Source: Magallana gigas
Taxonomy: Eukaryota
Length of the DNA: 64,000 nucleotides
Assembly (NCBI RefSeq): GCF_963853765.1
Contig: NC_088858.1
Location: forward strand, 35,340,001 to 35,404,000
Reading direction: 5' to 3'
Below are positions 24,076 through 33,930 of this stretch, piece by piece; within the stretch, counting starts at the first letter, position 1, and the number at the start of each line of letters is the position of its first letter. The position numbers were made by a program, and so were the translations under genes. The notes beneath the pieces were generated by a model that did no database searches, was not told the origin of the DNA, and was given only the letters and a program-made list of their open reading frames with translations.

Positions 24076-25920
24076 GTGAAACGCACGTGTAATTATTTAC
24101 GGGCTTATCAGGCTCACTGTAAAAAATCTACGGCCATAGGAGACAAGCTCGTGTTAAACCTATCACGACACACGCTATCCAAAGACGAGCTCTCACTTTT
24201 GAGCAAAGGCTTAAAATTCATTCCTACGCCAAAAAATAACAACGCTAAGCGTTTACTTCTCAAAGACTTTGACGAATTTGCAAGAAAACTCAGATGCAAA
24301 TTCCACTTTGATACCGGGGACAACTCGCCGATTCACCCCTTTAAAACAAAGTCTGGGTTTATGCCGCCTTTGGCTTGCCGAGAACTCGAGGATTACATAG
24401 ATAAAACAAAACTTGAACTTTCCTCAATGGAAATTGTAAACACGAGATCGAATATCTCTAAATCTGAGAGAGCGGCTATTTTATCGCTTAAAAATAACAA
24501 CGACATCGTTATAAAAAAAGCAGATAAAAGTAATACCATTGTCATTATGAACAGAGATCAGTATGTCTCAGAAGCACATCGACAATTGTTATCCAAACAC
24601 TATATGCAAGTACCTGAACCGAACATGCTCAAGCTGCATAATGATATTCAAAATATACTTTCGGAAATGCATATAAATGGGTCACTAGACAAAGAAACTT
24701 ACAAGTTTCTGAATGACAATAAACCGTCATTAAAATGTGGTCATCTTTATCTTCTACCAAAAACCCACAAAATTCCTGAACACATTTACAACGCTTTAAT
24801 GAACGGTCATTGCAGCATCAGAAAATTACCACCTGGTAGACCAATTATCGCGCAATGCAACACGCCGACAAGGAAAATAGGACAGTACTGCGATCACTTT
24901 CTCGTCCCTATCGTACAAAAACAATCAACGTATATTAAAGATACTGCGGACTTTATCAACAAAATTGAAAGCCTCACGCCGCCACCTAACGCATTATTAA
25001 TTACTTATGACGTGACAAGCATGTACACAAACATGGAATTCAATGAACTTCTTTCATCGGTGCACGAGGCTTACACGCAGGCTAATAAAATTAAATCAGA
25101 CATTCCTTATCCCACACCCAAGGAGCTAACGCTATTATTGAAATGCGTTTTAGAAAACAATTACTTTGAATTTGACGGAAAATTCTACAAGCAAATCATT
25201 GGAGCAAGCATGGGTGCAATTCCAAGTCCAGAAATTTGTGACATTCGAATGTATCAAATCACACAGCATATTGTTACACAATTTCGTCATGCAAACAAAA
25301 TTTTGTTCCATGGAAGATATCGGGATGATGGCTTTATTATATTCAATGGCACCACAGAGGAAATAGAGGATTTTTTTCAAATTGGCAATCATTGTCACAA
25401 GCATCTTCAATTTACGTTTGAAGTCTCACCATCTTCTGTGAACTTTCTTGATACTACAGTTTACAAAGGCCCCAGATTTCAAACCTTTAACAAGCTTGAC
25501 ATCAAGTCATTTATCAAACCTACAAACAACTTTCAATATCTACACAGACAGAGCGCTCATAGCCCATCTGTGTTTAAAGGTTTCATTAAAGGAGAATGCA
25601 TTAGACATGCACGAAATACTACCGACCCTACAATTTTGAATGCTACACTCAATGATTTTAAGGCGCATCTGTCAAAGCGGGGCTACTCTCCCCAAGAAAT
25701 CGACCCAATTATCAAAGAAACAACAAACACAAATCGAACAAAACTCATCCTCAATAAGACTCCAAAGCAAGCACTACGTAACCCTACGGTATTGGTTACT
25801 AAATTCAATCCTTGCCTTAAAGGACTCAAAAAGCGAATTTTAAAGTATTGGGATATTGTACTTAGGAATTCTGAATGCAAATCTTCTTTTGATGCTCGAC
25901 CTATTATAGCTTTCAGCTAA
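24076..25920 (+). CDS. PLE RT (monomer 3), last 15 aa lost by deletion
   Basis: Ends PIIAFS* at a junction that deletes ~364 bp, including the hammerhead, with filler TAACATTT (25918-25925). Confidence 0.88.
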   Translation: MKRTCNYLRAYQAHCKKSTAIGDKLVLNLSRHTLSKDELSLLSKGLKFIPTPKNNNAKRLLLKDFDEFARKLRCKFHFDTGDNSPIHPFKTKSGFMPPLACRELEDYIDKTKLELSSMEIVNTRSNISKSERAAILSLKNNNDIVIKKADKSNTIVIMNRDQYVSEAHRQLLSKHYMQVPEPNMLKLHNDIQNILSEMHINGSLDKETYKFLNDNKPSLKCGHLYLLPKTHKIPEHIYNALMNGHCSIRKLPPGRPIIAQCNTPTRKIGQYCDHFLVPIVQKQSTYIKDTADFINKIESLTPPPNALLITYDVTSMYTNMEFNELLSSVHEAYTQANKIKSDIPYPTPKELTLLLKCVLENNYFEFDGKFYKQIIGASMGAIPSPEICDIRMYQITQHIVTQFRHANKILFHGRYRDDGFIIFNGTTEEIEDFFQIGNHCHKHLQFTFEVSPSSVNFLDTTVYKGPRFQTFNKLDIKSFIKPTNNFQYLHRQSAHSPSVFKGFIKGECIRHARNTTDPTILNATLNDFKAHLSKRGYSPQEIDPIIKETTNTNRTKLILNKTPKQALRNPTVLVTKFNPCLKGLKKRILKYWDIVLRNSECKSSFDARPIIAFS

Positions 25921-26047
25921 CATTTGACATTTTACTACCATCACTTCCTTTACCAAATTAACTTGAATATGTAAAGGACTGGATTGCTACTTCAAAGTTG
26001 GTTTATTATACTTCTCTTATAAATCAAACACATTGGTTTATTCAAAT

Positions 26048-26731
26048 ATGCACAACCCCAGCATCAGCCTTCATTCTGTTACTATGTACCAGCACTTTAA
26101 CAAGCTCTCCCTCAAGAAATCCTCTACACAAATGTCAGAAGTTGACTACATGGACATCATGAAAGACCAAGTTCCTTCAAACCAAGAAGCAGCTATACAG
26201 GACTTGGACATGTCTATCAATCTACCAGATATTGATAGAGCATCGGCATTGACAAAATCAAAAGTCTTGGAGTCTACTGAAGCCATTTTGTCTACCCGCC
26301 TACTTTACGCCAAACGTGGAGAGGATAACGACAACTTTGGCACTTTTCTCCTTGGATTACAAAAAGAAACTACCTCGGCGTTCGGAAACTCTATCCTAAG
26401 CTACCTAGAGCGCTTGATCAGTGAAAAAGAAAGTGAAAGTAACAAATTAAGGGCAGAACATTTAAAAAGTCTGCAAGCTGAAACCGACGGCTATACCTTT
26501 GCCACTGAAAAAAGAAAGTTAGACGATGCCATCACAGCCATAACGGCCAAGCACACGACTGAACTACAAGAACATCGTCAAAAACTTCTCTCGTTATATA
26601 ATCAACCGACAAGACCGGGCCACGCATCGTACACGTCCACAAACCACAAAAGCCATTCCAAACAACAAAGGAATGTGGGACATTACCGATACAGAGGACA
26701 TAGCTATGTTCAGAGAAACAAACCATATTAA
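26048..26731 (+). CDS. PLE ORF1 (monomer 4) with net 84-bp in-frame deletion
   Basis: YAKR-G-EDND junction at ~26317; 28 aa shorter than the other copies. Confidence 0.65.
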   Translation: MHNPSISLHSVTMYQHFNKLSLKKSSTQMSEVDYMDIMKDQVPSNQEAAIQDLDMSINLPDIDRASALTKSKVLESTEAILSTRLLYAKRGEDNDNFGTFLLGLQKETTSAFGNSILSYLERLISEKESESNKLRAEHLKSLQAETDGYTFATEKRKLDDAITAITAKHTTELQEHRQKLLSLYNQPTRPGHASYTSTNHKSHSKQQRNVGHYRYRGHSYVQRNKPY

Positions 26732-27271
26732 CTTTCATATATTCTGTGCTATTTGTATAACGCCTGCTTGCACCATTAATAGTGCACCTATTGCTTTGGC
26801 ACTAAGAGCCTAAGTATTAAACCATATCATTTGAGACCAAGTTTCTGTCTCATTGCTTCAATATAGTTCATGACTTTTGATTCACTTTTATGTTTTTGTT
26901 TTATCTTTTTCATCCACTTGCATTGTTAATCCACTCAGGATCAACAATTGAAACTAAGACGGGTTCTCATTTTTACCTCTAATATTACGACATAGCGTAT
27001 ATTAGACGGTAGGTGCTTTATTAAGAACCAATTACTACAATTCATAACCCATTAAGCACACACTGGGTTTGACTAACGCGATCGCACACAGCAGCCTCCA
27101 CGTGACCGCAATTAATCTATAAATTGGGCTATCAGTTCTCACTGCGTTACATTACCAGTATCCTCTAATCTACCAACACACATTGGTAATTAGACGGATT
27201 CCTACCTAACCTACACAATAATTGTTGTTATTGTACACACGCAGCTCCTCTATTTAAATGGCTCGACGACC

Positions 27272-29161
27272 GTGAAACGCACGTGTAATTATTTACGGGC
27301 TTATCAGGCTCACTGTAAAAAATCTACGGCCATAGGAGACAAGCTCGTGTTAAACCTATCACGACACACGCTATCCAAAGACGAGCTCTCACTTTTGAGC
27401 AAAGGCTTAAAATTCATTCCTACGCCAAAAAATAACAACGCTAAGCGTTTACTTCTCAAAGACTTTGACGAATTTGCAAGAAAACTCAGATGCAAATTCC
27501 ACTTTGATACCGGGGACAACTCGCCGATTCACCCCTTTAAAACAAAGTCTGGGTTTATGCCGCCTTTGGCTTGCCGAGAACTCGAGGATTACATAGATAA
27601 AACAAAACTTGAACTTTCCTCAATGGAAATTGTAAACACGAGATCGAATATCTCTAAATCTGAGAGAGCGGCTATTTTATCGCTTAAAAATAACAACGAC
27701 ATCGTTATAAAAAAAGCAGATAAAAGTAATACCATTGTCATTATGAACAGAGATCAGTATGTCTCAGAAGCACATCGACAATTGTTATCCAAACACTATA
27801 TGCAAGTACCTGAACCGAACATGCTCAAGCTGCATAATGATATTCAAAATATACTTTCGGAAATGCATATAAATGGGTCACTAGACAAAGAAACTTACAA
27901 GTTTCTGAATGACAATAAACCGTCATTAAAATGTGGTCATCTTTATCTTCTACCAAAAACCCACAAAATTCCTGAACACATTTACAACGCTTTAATGAAC
28001 GGTCATTGCAGCATCAGAAAATTACCACCTGGTAGACCAATTATCGCGCAATGCAACACGCCGACAAGGAAAATAGGACAGTACTGCGATCACTTTCTCG
28101 TCCCTATCGTACAAAAACAATCAACGTATATTAAAGATACTGCGGACTTTATCAACAAAATTGAAAGCCTCACGCCGCCACCTAACGCATTATTAATTAC
28201 TTATGACGTGACAAGCATGTACACAAACATGGAATTCAATGAACTTCTTTCATCGGTGCACGAGGCTTACACGCAGGCTAATAAAATTAAATCAGACATT
28301 CCTTATCCCACACCCAAGGAGCTAACGCTATTATTGAAATGCGTTTTAGAAAACAATTACTTTGAATTTGACGGAAAATTCTACAAGCAAATCATTGGAG
28401 CAAGCATGGGTGCAATTCCAAGTCCAGAAATTTGTGACATTCGAATGTATCAAATCACACAGCATATTGTTACACAATTTCGTCATGCAAACAAAATTTT
28501 GTTCCATGGAAGATATCGGGATGATGGCTTTATTATATTCAATGGCACCACAGAGGAAATAGAGGATTTTTTTCAAATTGGCAATCATTGTCACAAGCAT
28601 CTTCAATTTACGTTTGAAGTCTCACCATCTTCTGTGAACTTTCTTGATACTACAGTTTACAAAGGCCCCAGATTTCAAACCTTTAACAAGCTTGACATCA
28701 AGTCATTTATCAAACCTACAAACAACTTTCAATATCTACACAGACAGAGCGCTCATAGCCCATCTGTGTTTAAAGGTTTCATTAAAGGAGAATGCATTAG
28801 ACATGCACGAAATACTACCGACCCTACAATTTTGAATGCTACACTCAATGATTTTAAGGCGCATCTGTCAAAGCGGGGCTACTCTCCCCAAGAAATCGAC
28901 CCAATTATCAAAGAAACAACAAACACAAATCGAACAAAACTCATCCTCAATAAGACTCCAAAGCAAGCACTACGTAACCCTACGGTATTGGTTACTAAAT
29001 TCAATCCTTGCCTTAAAGGACTCAAAAAGCGAATTTTAAAGTATTGGGATATTGTACTTAGGAATTCTGAATGCAAATCTTCTTTTGATGCTCGACCTAT
29101 TATAGCTTTCAGCAAGCACAAAAACATTAGCGACGAGATAATCAGGTCTCACTTAAAATAA
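27272..29161 (+). CDS. PLE RT without endonuclease (monomer 4, intact)
   Basis: Same protein as 20440-22329. Confidence 0.93.
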   Translation: MKRTCNYLRAYQAHCKKSTAIGDKLVLNLSRHTLSKDELSLLSKGLKFIPTPKNNNAKRLLLKDFDEFARKLRCKFHFDTGDNSPIHPFKTKSGFMPPLACRELEDYIDKTKLELSSMEIVNTRSNISKSERAAILSLKNNNDIVIKKADKSNTIVIMNRDQYVSEAHRQLLSKHYMQVPEPNMLKLHNDIQNILSEMHINGSLDKETYKFLNDNKPSLKCGHLYLLPKTHKIPEHIYNALMNGHCSIRKLPPGRPIIAQCNTPTRKIGQYCDHFLVPIVQKQSTYIKDTADFINKIESLTPPPNALLITYDVTSMYTNMEFNELLSSVHEAYTQANKIKSDIPYPTPKELTLLLKCVLENNYFEFDGKFYKQIIGASMGAIPSPEICDIRMYQITQHIVTQFRHANKILFHGRYRDDGFIIFNGTTEEIEDFFQIGNHCHKHLQFTFEVSPSSVNFLDTTVYKGPRFQTFNKLDIKSFIKPTNNFQYLHRQSAHSPSVFKGFIKGECIRHARNTTDPTILNATLNDFKAHLSKRGYSPQEIDPIIKETTNTNRTKLILNKTPKQALRNPTVLVTKFNPCLKGLKKRILKYWDIVLRNSECKSSFDARPIIAFSKHKNISDEIIRSHLK

Positions 29162-29179
29162 ACATCAGCTATTCTTGCA

Positions 29180-29301
29180 GACCCCTGATGAGGCTCATAA
29201 CTGCCGAAACACTCTACAACTATTAGTACTTGCATATTTTAAATTGCAATTTGCTTTTTTGCAAAACATTACACTATCTTTGTGGTTTGGAGTGTCGGGT
29301 C
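29180..29301 (+). ncRNA. Type I hammerhead ribozyme
   Basis: Same motif as 15076-15197. Confidence 0.88.
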
Positions 29302-29599
29302 CTAATAAATCCCTTACAAGTCTGGTTGATTGATGTCGCTAATTTTCACACTTTGACTAGGGACAATGTCCCACCGGCATCATCCCGTGCATCGCCCTCC
29401 CTTGGACAGCGATCGACTTGTGTGGTTTATTTGGTCTTCCAACATCTCCAACCACACCTGTTTCTATTGTCTTCTGAGACATTTTACTACCATCATTTCC
29501 TTTACCAAATTAACTTGAATATGTAAAGGACTGGATTGCTACTTCAAAGTTGGTTTATTATACTTCTCTTATAAATCAAACACATTGGTTTATTCAAAT

Positions 29600-30367
29600 A
29601 TGCACAACCCCAGCATCAGCCTTCATTCTGTTACTATGTACCAGCACTTTAACAAGCTCTCCCTCAAGAAATCCTCTACACAAATGTCAGAAGTTGACTA
29701 CATGGACATCATGAAAGACCAAGTTCCTTCAAACCAAGAAGCAGCTATACAGGACTTGGACATGTCTATCAATCTACCAGATATTGATAGAGCATCGGCA
29801 TTGACAAAATCAAAAGTCTTGGAGTCTACTGAAGCCATTTTGTCTACCCGCCTACTTTACGCCAAACGTAAAGAGAGTATTTCTCATGGATTAAGGACGG
29901 GCCGCTTCCCATCGTGGTTCGGAAGCAAACTCCATTGTGAGTTAAACCTCCCTAGAGAGGATAACGACAACTTTGGCACTTTTCTCCTTGGATTACAAAA
30001 AGAAACTACCTCGGCGTTCGGAAACTCTATCCTAAGCTACCTAGAGCGCTTGATCAGTGAAAAAGAAAGTGAAAGTAACAAATTAAGGGCAGAACATTTA
30101 AAAAGTCTGCAAGCTGAAACCGACGGCTATACCTTTGCCACTGAAAAAAGAAAGTTAGACGATGCCATCACAGCCATAACGGCCAAGCACACGACTGAAC
30201 TACAAGAACATCGTCAAAAACTTCTCTCGTTATATAATCAACCGACAAGACCGGGCCACGCATCGTACACGTCCACAAACCACAAAAGCCATTCCAAACA
30301 ACAAAGGAATGTGGGACATTACCGATACAGAGGACATAGCTATGTTCAGAGAAACAAACCATATTAA
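29600..30367 (+). CDS. PLE ORF1 (monomer 5)
   Basis: Same protein as monomer 1 ORF1. Confidence 0.7.
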   Translation: MHNPSISLHSVTMYQHFNKLSLKKSSTQMSEVDYMDIMKDQVPSNQEAAIQDLDMSINLPDIDRASALTKSKVLESTEAILSTRLLYAKRKESISHGLRTGRFPSWFGSKLHCELNLPREDNDNFGTFLLGLQKETTSAFGNSILSYLERLISEKESESNKLRAEHLKSLQAETDGYTFATEKRKLDDAITAITAKHTTELQEHRQKLLSLYNQPTRPGHASYTSTNHKSHSKQQRNVGHYRYRGHSYVQRNKPY

Positions 30368-30907
30368 CTTTCATATATTCTGTGCTATTTGTATAACGCC
30401 TGCTTGCACCATTAATAGTGCACCTATTGCTTTGGCACTAAGAGCCTAAGTATTAAACCATATCATTTGAGACCAAGTTTCTGTCTCATTGCTTCAATAT
30501 AGTTCATGACTTTTGATTCACTTTTATGTTTTTGTTTTATCTTTTTCATCCACTTGCATTGTTAATCCACTCAGGATCAACAATTGAAACTAAGACGGGT
30601 TCTCATTTTTACCTCTAATATTACGACATAGCGTATATTAGACGGTAGGTGCTTTATTAAGAACCAATTACTACAATTCATAACCCATTAAGCACACACT
30701 GGGTTTGACTAACGCGATCGCACACAGCAGCCTCCACGTGACCGCAATTAATCTATAAATTGGGCTATCAGTTCTCACTGCGTTACATTACCAGTATCCT
30801 CTAATCTACCAACACACATTGGTAATTAGACGGATTCCTACCTAACCTACACAATAATTGTTGTTATTGTACACACGCAGCTCCTCTATTTAAATGGCTC
30901 GACGACC

Positions 30908-32797
30908 GTGAAACGCACGTGTAATTATTTACGGGCTTATCAGGCTCACTGTAAAAAATCTACGGCCATAGGAGACAAGCTCGTGTTAAACCTATCACGA
31001 CACACGCTATCCAAAGACGAGCTCTCACTTTTGAGCAAAGGCTTAAAATTCATTCCTACGCCAAAAAATAACAACGCTAAGCGTTTACTTCTCAAAGACT
31101 TTGACGAATTTGCAAGAAAACTCAGATGCAAATTCCACTTTGATACCGGGGACAACTCGCCGATTCACCCCTTTAAAACAAAGTCTGGGTTTATGCCGCC
31201 TTTGGCTTGCCGAGAACTCGAGGATTACATAGATAAAACAAAACTTGAACTTTCCTCAATGGAAATTGTAAACACGAGATCGAATATCTCTAAATCTGAG
31301 AGAGCGGCTATTTTATCGCTTAAAAATAACAACGACATCGTTATAAAAAAAGCAGATAAAAGTAATACCATTGTCATTATGAACAGAGATCAGTATGTCT
31401 CAGAAGCACATCGACAATTGTTATCCAAACACTATATGCAAGTACCTGAACCGAACATGCTCAAGCTGCATAATGATATTCAAAATATACTTTCGGAAAT
31501 GCATATAAATGGGTCACTAGACAAAGAAACTTACAAGTTTCTGAATGACAATAAACCGTCATTAAAATGTGGTCATCTTTATCTTCTACCAAAAACCCAC
31601 AAAATTCCTGAACACATTTACAACGCTTTAATGAACGGTCATTGCAGCATCAGAAAATTACCACCTGGTAGACCAATTATCGCGCAATGCAACACGCCGA
31701 CAAGGAAAATAGGACAGTACTGCGATCACTTTCTCGTCCCTATCGTACAAAAACAATCAACGTATATTAAAGATACTGCGGACTTTATCAACAAAATTGA
31801 AAGCCTCACGCCGCCACCTAACGCATTATTAATTACTTATGACGTGACAAGCATGTACACAAACATGGAATTCAATGAACTTCTTTCATCGGTGCACGAG
31901 GCTTACACGCAGGCTAATAAAATTAAATCAGACATTCCTTATCCCACACCCAAGGAGCTAACGCTATTATTGAAATGCGTTTTAGAAAACAATTACTTTG
32001 AATTTGACGGAAAATTCTACAAGCAAATCATTGGAGCAAGCATGGGTGCAATTCCAAGTCCAGAAATTTGTGACATTCGAATGTATCAAATCACACAGCA
32101 TATTGTTACACAATTTCGTCATGCAAACAAAATTTTGTTCCATGGAAGATATCGGGATGATGGCTTTATTATATTCAATGGCACCACAGAGGAAATAGAG
32201 GATTTTTTTCAAATTGGCAATCATTGTCACAAGCATCTTCAATTTACGTTTGAAGTCTCACCATCTTCTGTGAACTTTCTTGATACTACAGTTTACAAAG
32301 GCCCCAGATTTCAAACCTTTAACAAGCTTGACATCAAGTCATTTATCAAACCTACAAACAACTTTCAATATCTACACAGACAGAGCGCTCATAGCCCATC
32401 TGTGTTTAAAGGTTTCATTAAAGGAGAATGCATTAGACATGCACGAAATACTACCGACCCTACAATTTTGAATGCTACACTCAATGATTTTAAGGCGCAT
32501 CTGTCAAAGCGGGGCTACTCTCCCCAAGAAATCGACCCAATTATCAAAGAAACAACAAACACAAATCGAACAAAACTCATCCTCAATAAGACTCCAAAGC
32601 AAGCACTACGTAACCCTACGGTATTGGTTACTAAATTCAATCCTTGCCTTAAAGGACTCAAAAAGCGAATTTTAAAGTATTGGGATATTGTACTTAGGAA
32701 TTCTGAATGCAAATCTTCTTTTGATGCTCGACCTATTATAGCTTTCAGCAAGCACAAAAACATTAGCGACGAGATAATCAGGTCTCACTTAAAATAA
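30908..32797 (+). CDS. PLE RT without endonuclease (monomer 5, intact)
   Basis: Same protein as 20440-22329. Only 190 nt separate its stop from the end of the insertion. Confidence 0.93.
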   Translation: MKRTCNYLRAYQAHCKKSTAIGDKLVLNLSRHTLSKDELSLLSKGLKFIPTPKNNNAKRLLLKDFDEFARKLRCKFHFDTGDNSPIHPFKTKSGFMPPLACRELEDYIDKTKLELSSMEIVNTRSNISKSERAAILSLKNNNDIVIKKADKSNTIVIMNRDQYVSEAHRQLLSKHYMQVPEPNMLKLHNDIQNILSEMHINGSLDKETYKFLNDNKPSLKCGHLYLLPKTHKIPEHIYNALMNGHCSIRKLPPGRPIIAQCNTPTRKIGQYCDHFLVPIVQKQSTYIKDTADFINKIESLTPPPNALLITYDVTSMYTNMEFNELLSSVHEAYTQANKIKSDIPYPTPKELTLLLKCVLENNYFEFDGKFYKQIIGASMGAIPSPEICDIRMYQITQHIVTQFRHANKILFHGRYRDDGFIIFNGTTEEIEDFFQIGNHCHKHLQFTFEVSPSSVNFLDTTVYKGPRFQTFNKLDIKSFIKPTNNFQYLHRQSAHSPSVFKGFIKGECIRHARNTTDPTILNATLNDFKAHLSKRGYSPQEIDPIIKETTNTNRTKLILNKTPKQALRNPTVLVTKFNPCLKGLKKRILKYWDIVLRNSECKSSFDARPIIAFSKHKNISDEIIRSHLK

Positions 32798-32815
32798 ACA
32801 TCAGCTATTCTTGCA

Positions 32816-32937
32816 GACCCCTGATGAGGCTCATAACTGCCGAAACACTCTACAACTATTAGTACTTGCATATTTTAAATTGCAATTTGCTTTTTTGCAA
32901 AACATTACACTATCTTTGTGGTTTGGAGTGTCGGGTC
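32816..32937 (+). ncRNA. Type I hammerhead ribozyme (terminal copy)
   Basis: Same motif as 15076-15197; predicted cleavage after 32932. Confidence 0.88.
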
Positions 32938-33470
32938 CTAATAAATCCCTTACAAGTCTGGTTGATTGATGTCGCTAATTTTCACACTTCAACGTTGAAT
33001 CAACGTTGAATAATGGTTGAACAACGTTGTAACTTGATTTCAACCTTTCCTCAACGTTGAAACAACGTTGCGTGCCCACTGGGTTATAGGTCCCCATCTT
33101 TATATCCAAGTGATTTTCGGATGAATGACATTACTATTACTGTGGTTTCATTAATATTCAAGGGTATCAATTTTCGTGGATATAGGGAAAATCATAGTTT
33201 CGAGGATACGAAAATTCGTGGCCAGTGACCCTATCAATACAAAATGTTAATAGAAATTGCACTTTAATGAACATTTAATTTCGTTGATCAACTTAACAAC
33301 GAAATCCACGAAAATTAGTATTCAATGAATATTGATGAAACCACAGTATTTAAGGTGCCTACCTCCTTGAACTAGATGGTATCACGCTGCGTGGAAATTA
33401 ACACTTTCAACATTACTATGATTTATACAACGCTCAATATGATGGACACTATTTTTTGTTCACTTTTAGT

Positions 33471-33501
<31 letters not shown>

Positions 33502-33817
33502 CGGATTGGGTAGGGATGAATAATCTGAATTGAAACGGATGATGTATACATGAATGTGACTTTAATTCTGTTTGTTGCTGCTAACTGACAAAAACAAACT
33601 GTTTTGTATTATTGCAAACCAGTGATAGTTAAATCAATTTTTATCACTGTCCCAAAACAGAATATCAGATAAAAAAAATGTTTTGTAAAAAAGCAATCCC
33701 CATTCAACTTCCCAGTTGATGCATACATAATTTCTATATATACTGTTCATAGTTTACAAACTAATGTATAAGGTTTATTACTCTGTCAATATGACGTGGT
33801 ATAAAATATATAAAATT

Positions 33818-33930
33818 AAACAAGAAGCCCACAGGCACTGACAGTCACCTGAGTACCAAAGCCCTAAGATTGACATGTCAAAGAGTCTCATGTTTGTATT
33901 TTAAGCTTTATATTGTAGTCTAAACCTTTT
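33818..33930 (+). repeat. 5' end of a HINE-like Helentron element
   Basis: AAACAAGAAGCCCACAGG...GTCACCTGAG resembles the 5' end at 4889-4925. No 3' end identified. Confidence 0.45.

Larger units (their letters stand above)
12519..32987. mobile_element. Penelope-like retroelement insertion: inverted partial copy, 5'-truncated copy and five 3636-bp head-to-tail monomers
   Basis: ORFs recur at a 3636-bp period (shortened by 356 and 84 bp in monomers 3/4). PLE-type RT and hammerhead motifs. Candidate TSD TTCAACGTT at 12510-12518 and 32988-32996. Confidence 0.95.
11372..33083. mobile_element. Non-autonomous DNA transposon (CCCAG termini, 2-bp TT TSD, CAACGTTG-rich arms; CMC/EnSpm-like), ~1.2 kb when empty, interrupted by the PLE array
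   Basis: Left end cccagcgggcatttcaacgttg (11372) and right end caacgttgcgtgcccactggg (33083). TT on both flanks (11370-71, 33084-85). Many CAACGTTG palindromes at 11385-11505, 12428-12518 and 32990-33070. The superfamily assignment is inference. Confidence 0.82.

Noticed and set aside
13136-32763. Many 60-90-aa ORFs antisense to or overlapping RT and ORF1
   Set aside because: Shadow frames that recur only because the DNA is repeated; no motifs.
12519-32987. Array as a pure assembly artefact
   Set aside because: Monomers have private substitutions and deletions, and the borders have a coherent TSD and MITE arms. Read-level confirmation is still needed.
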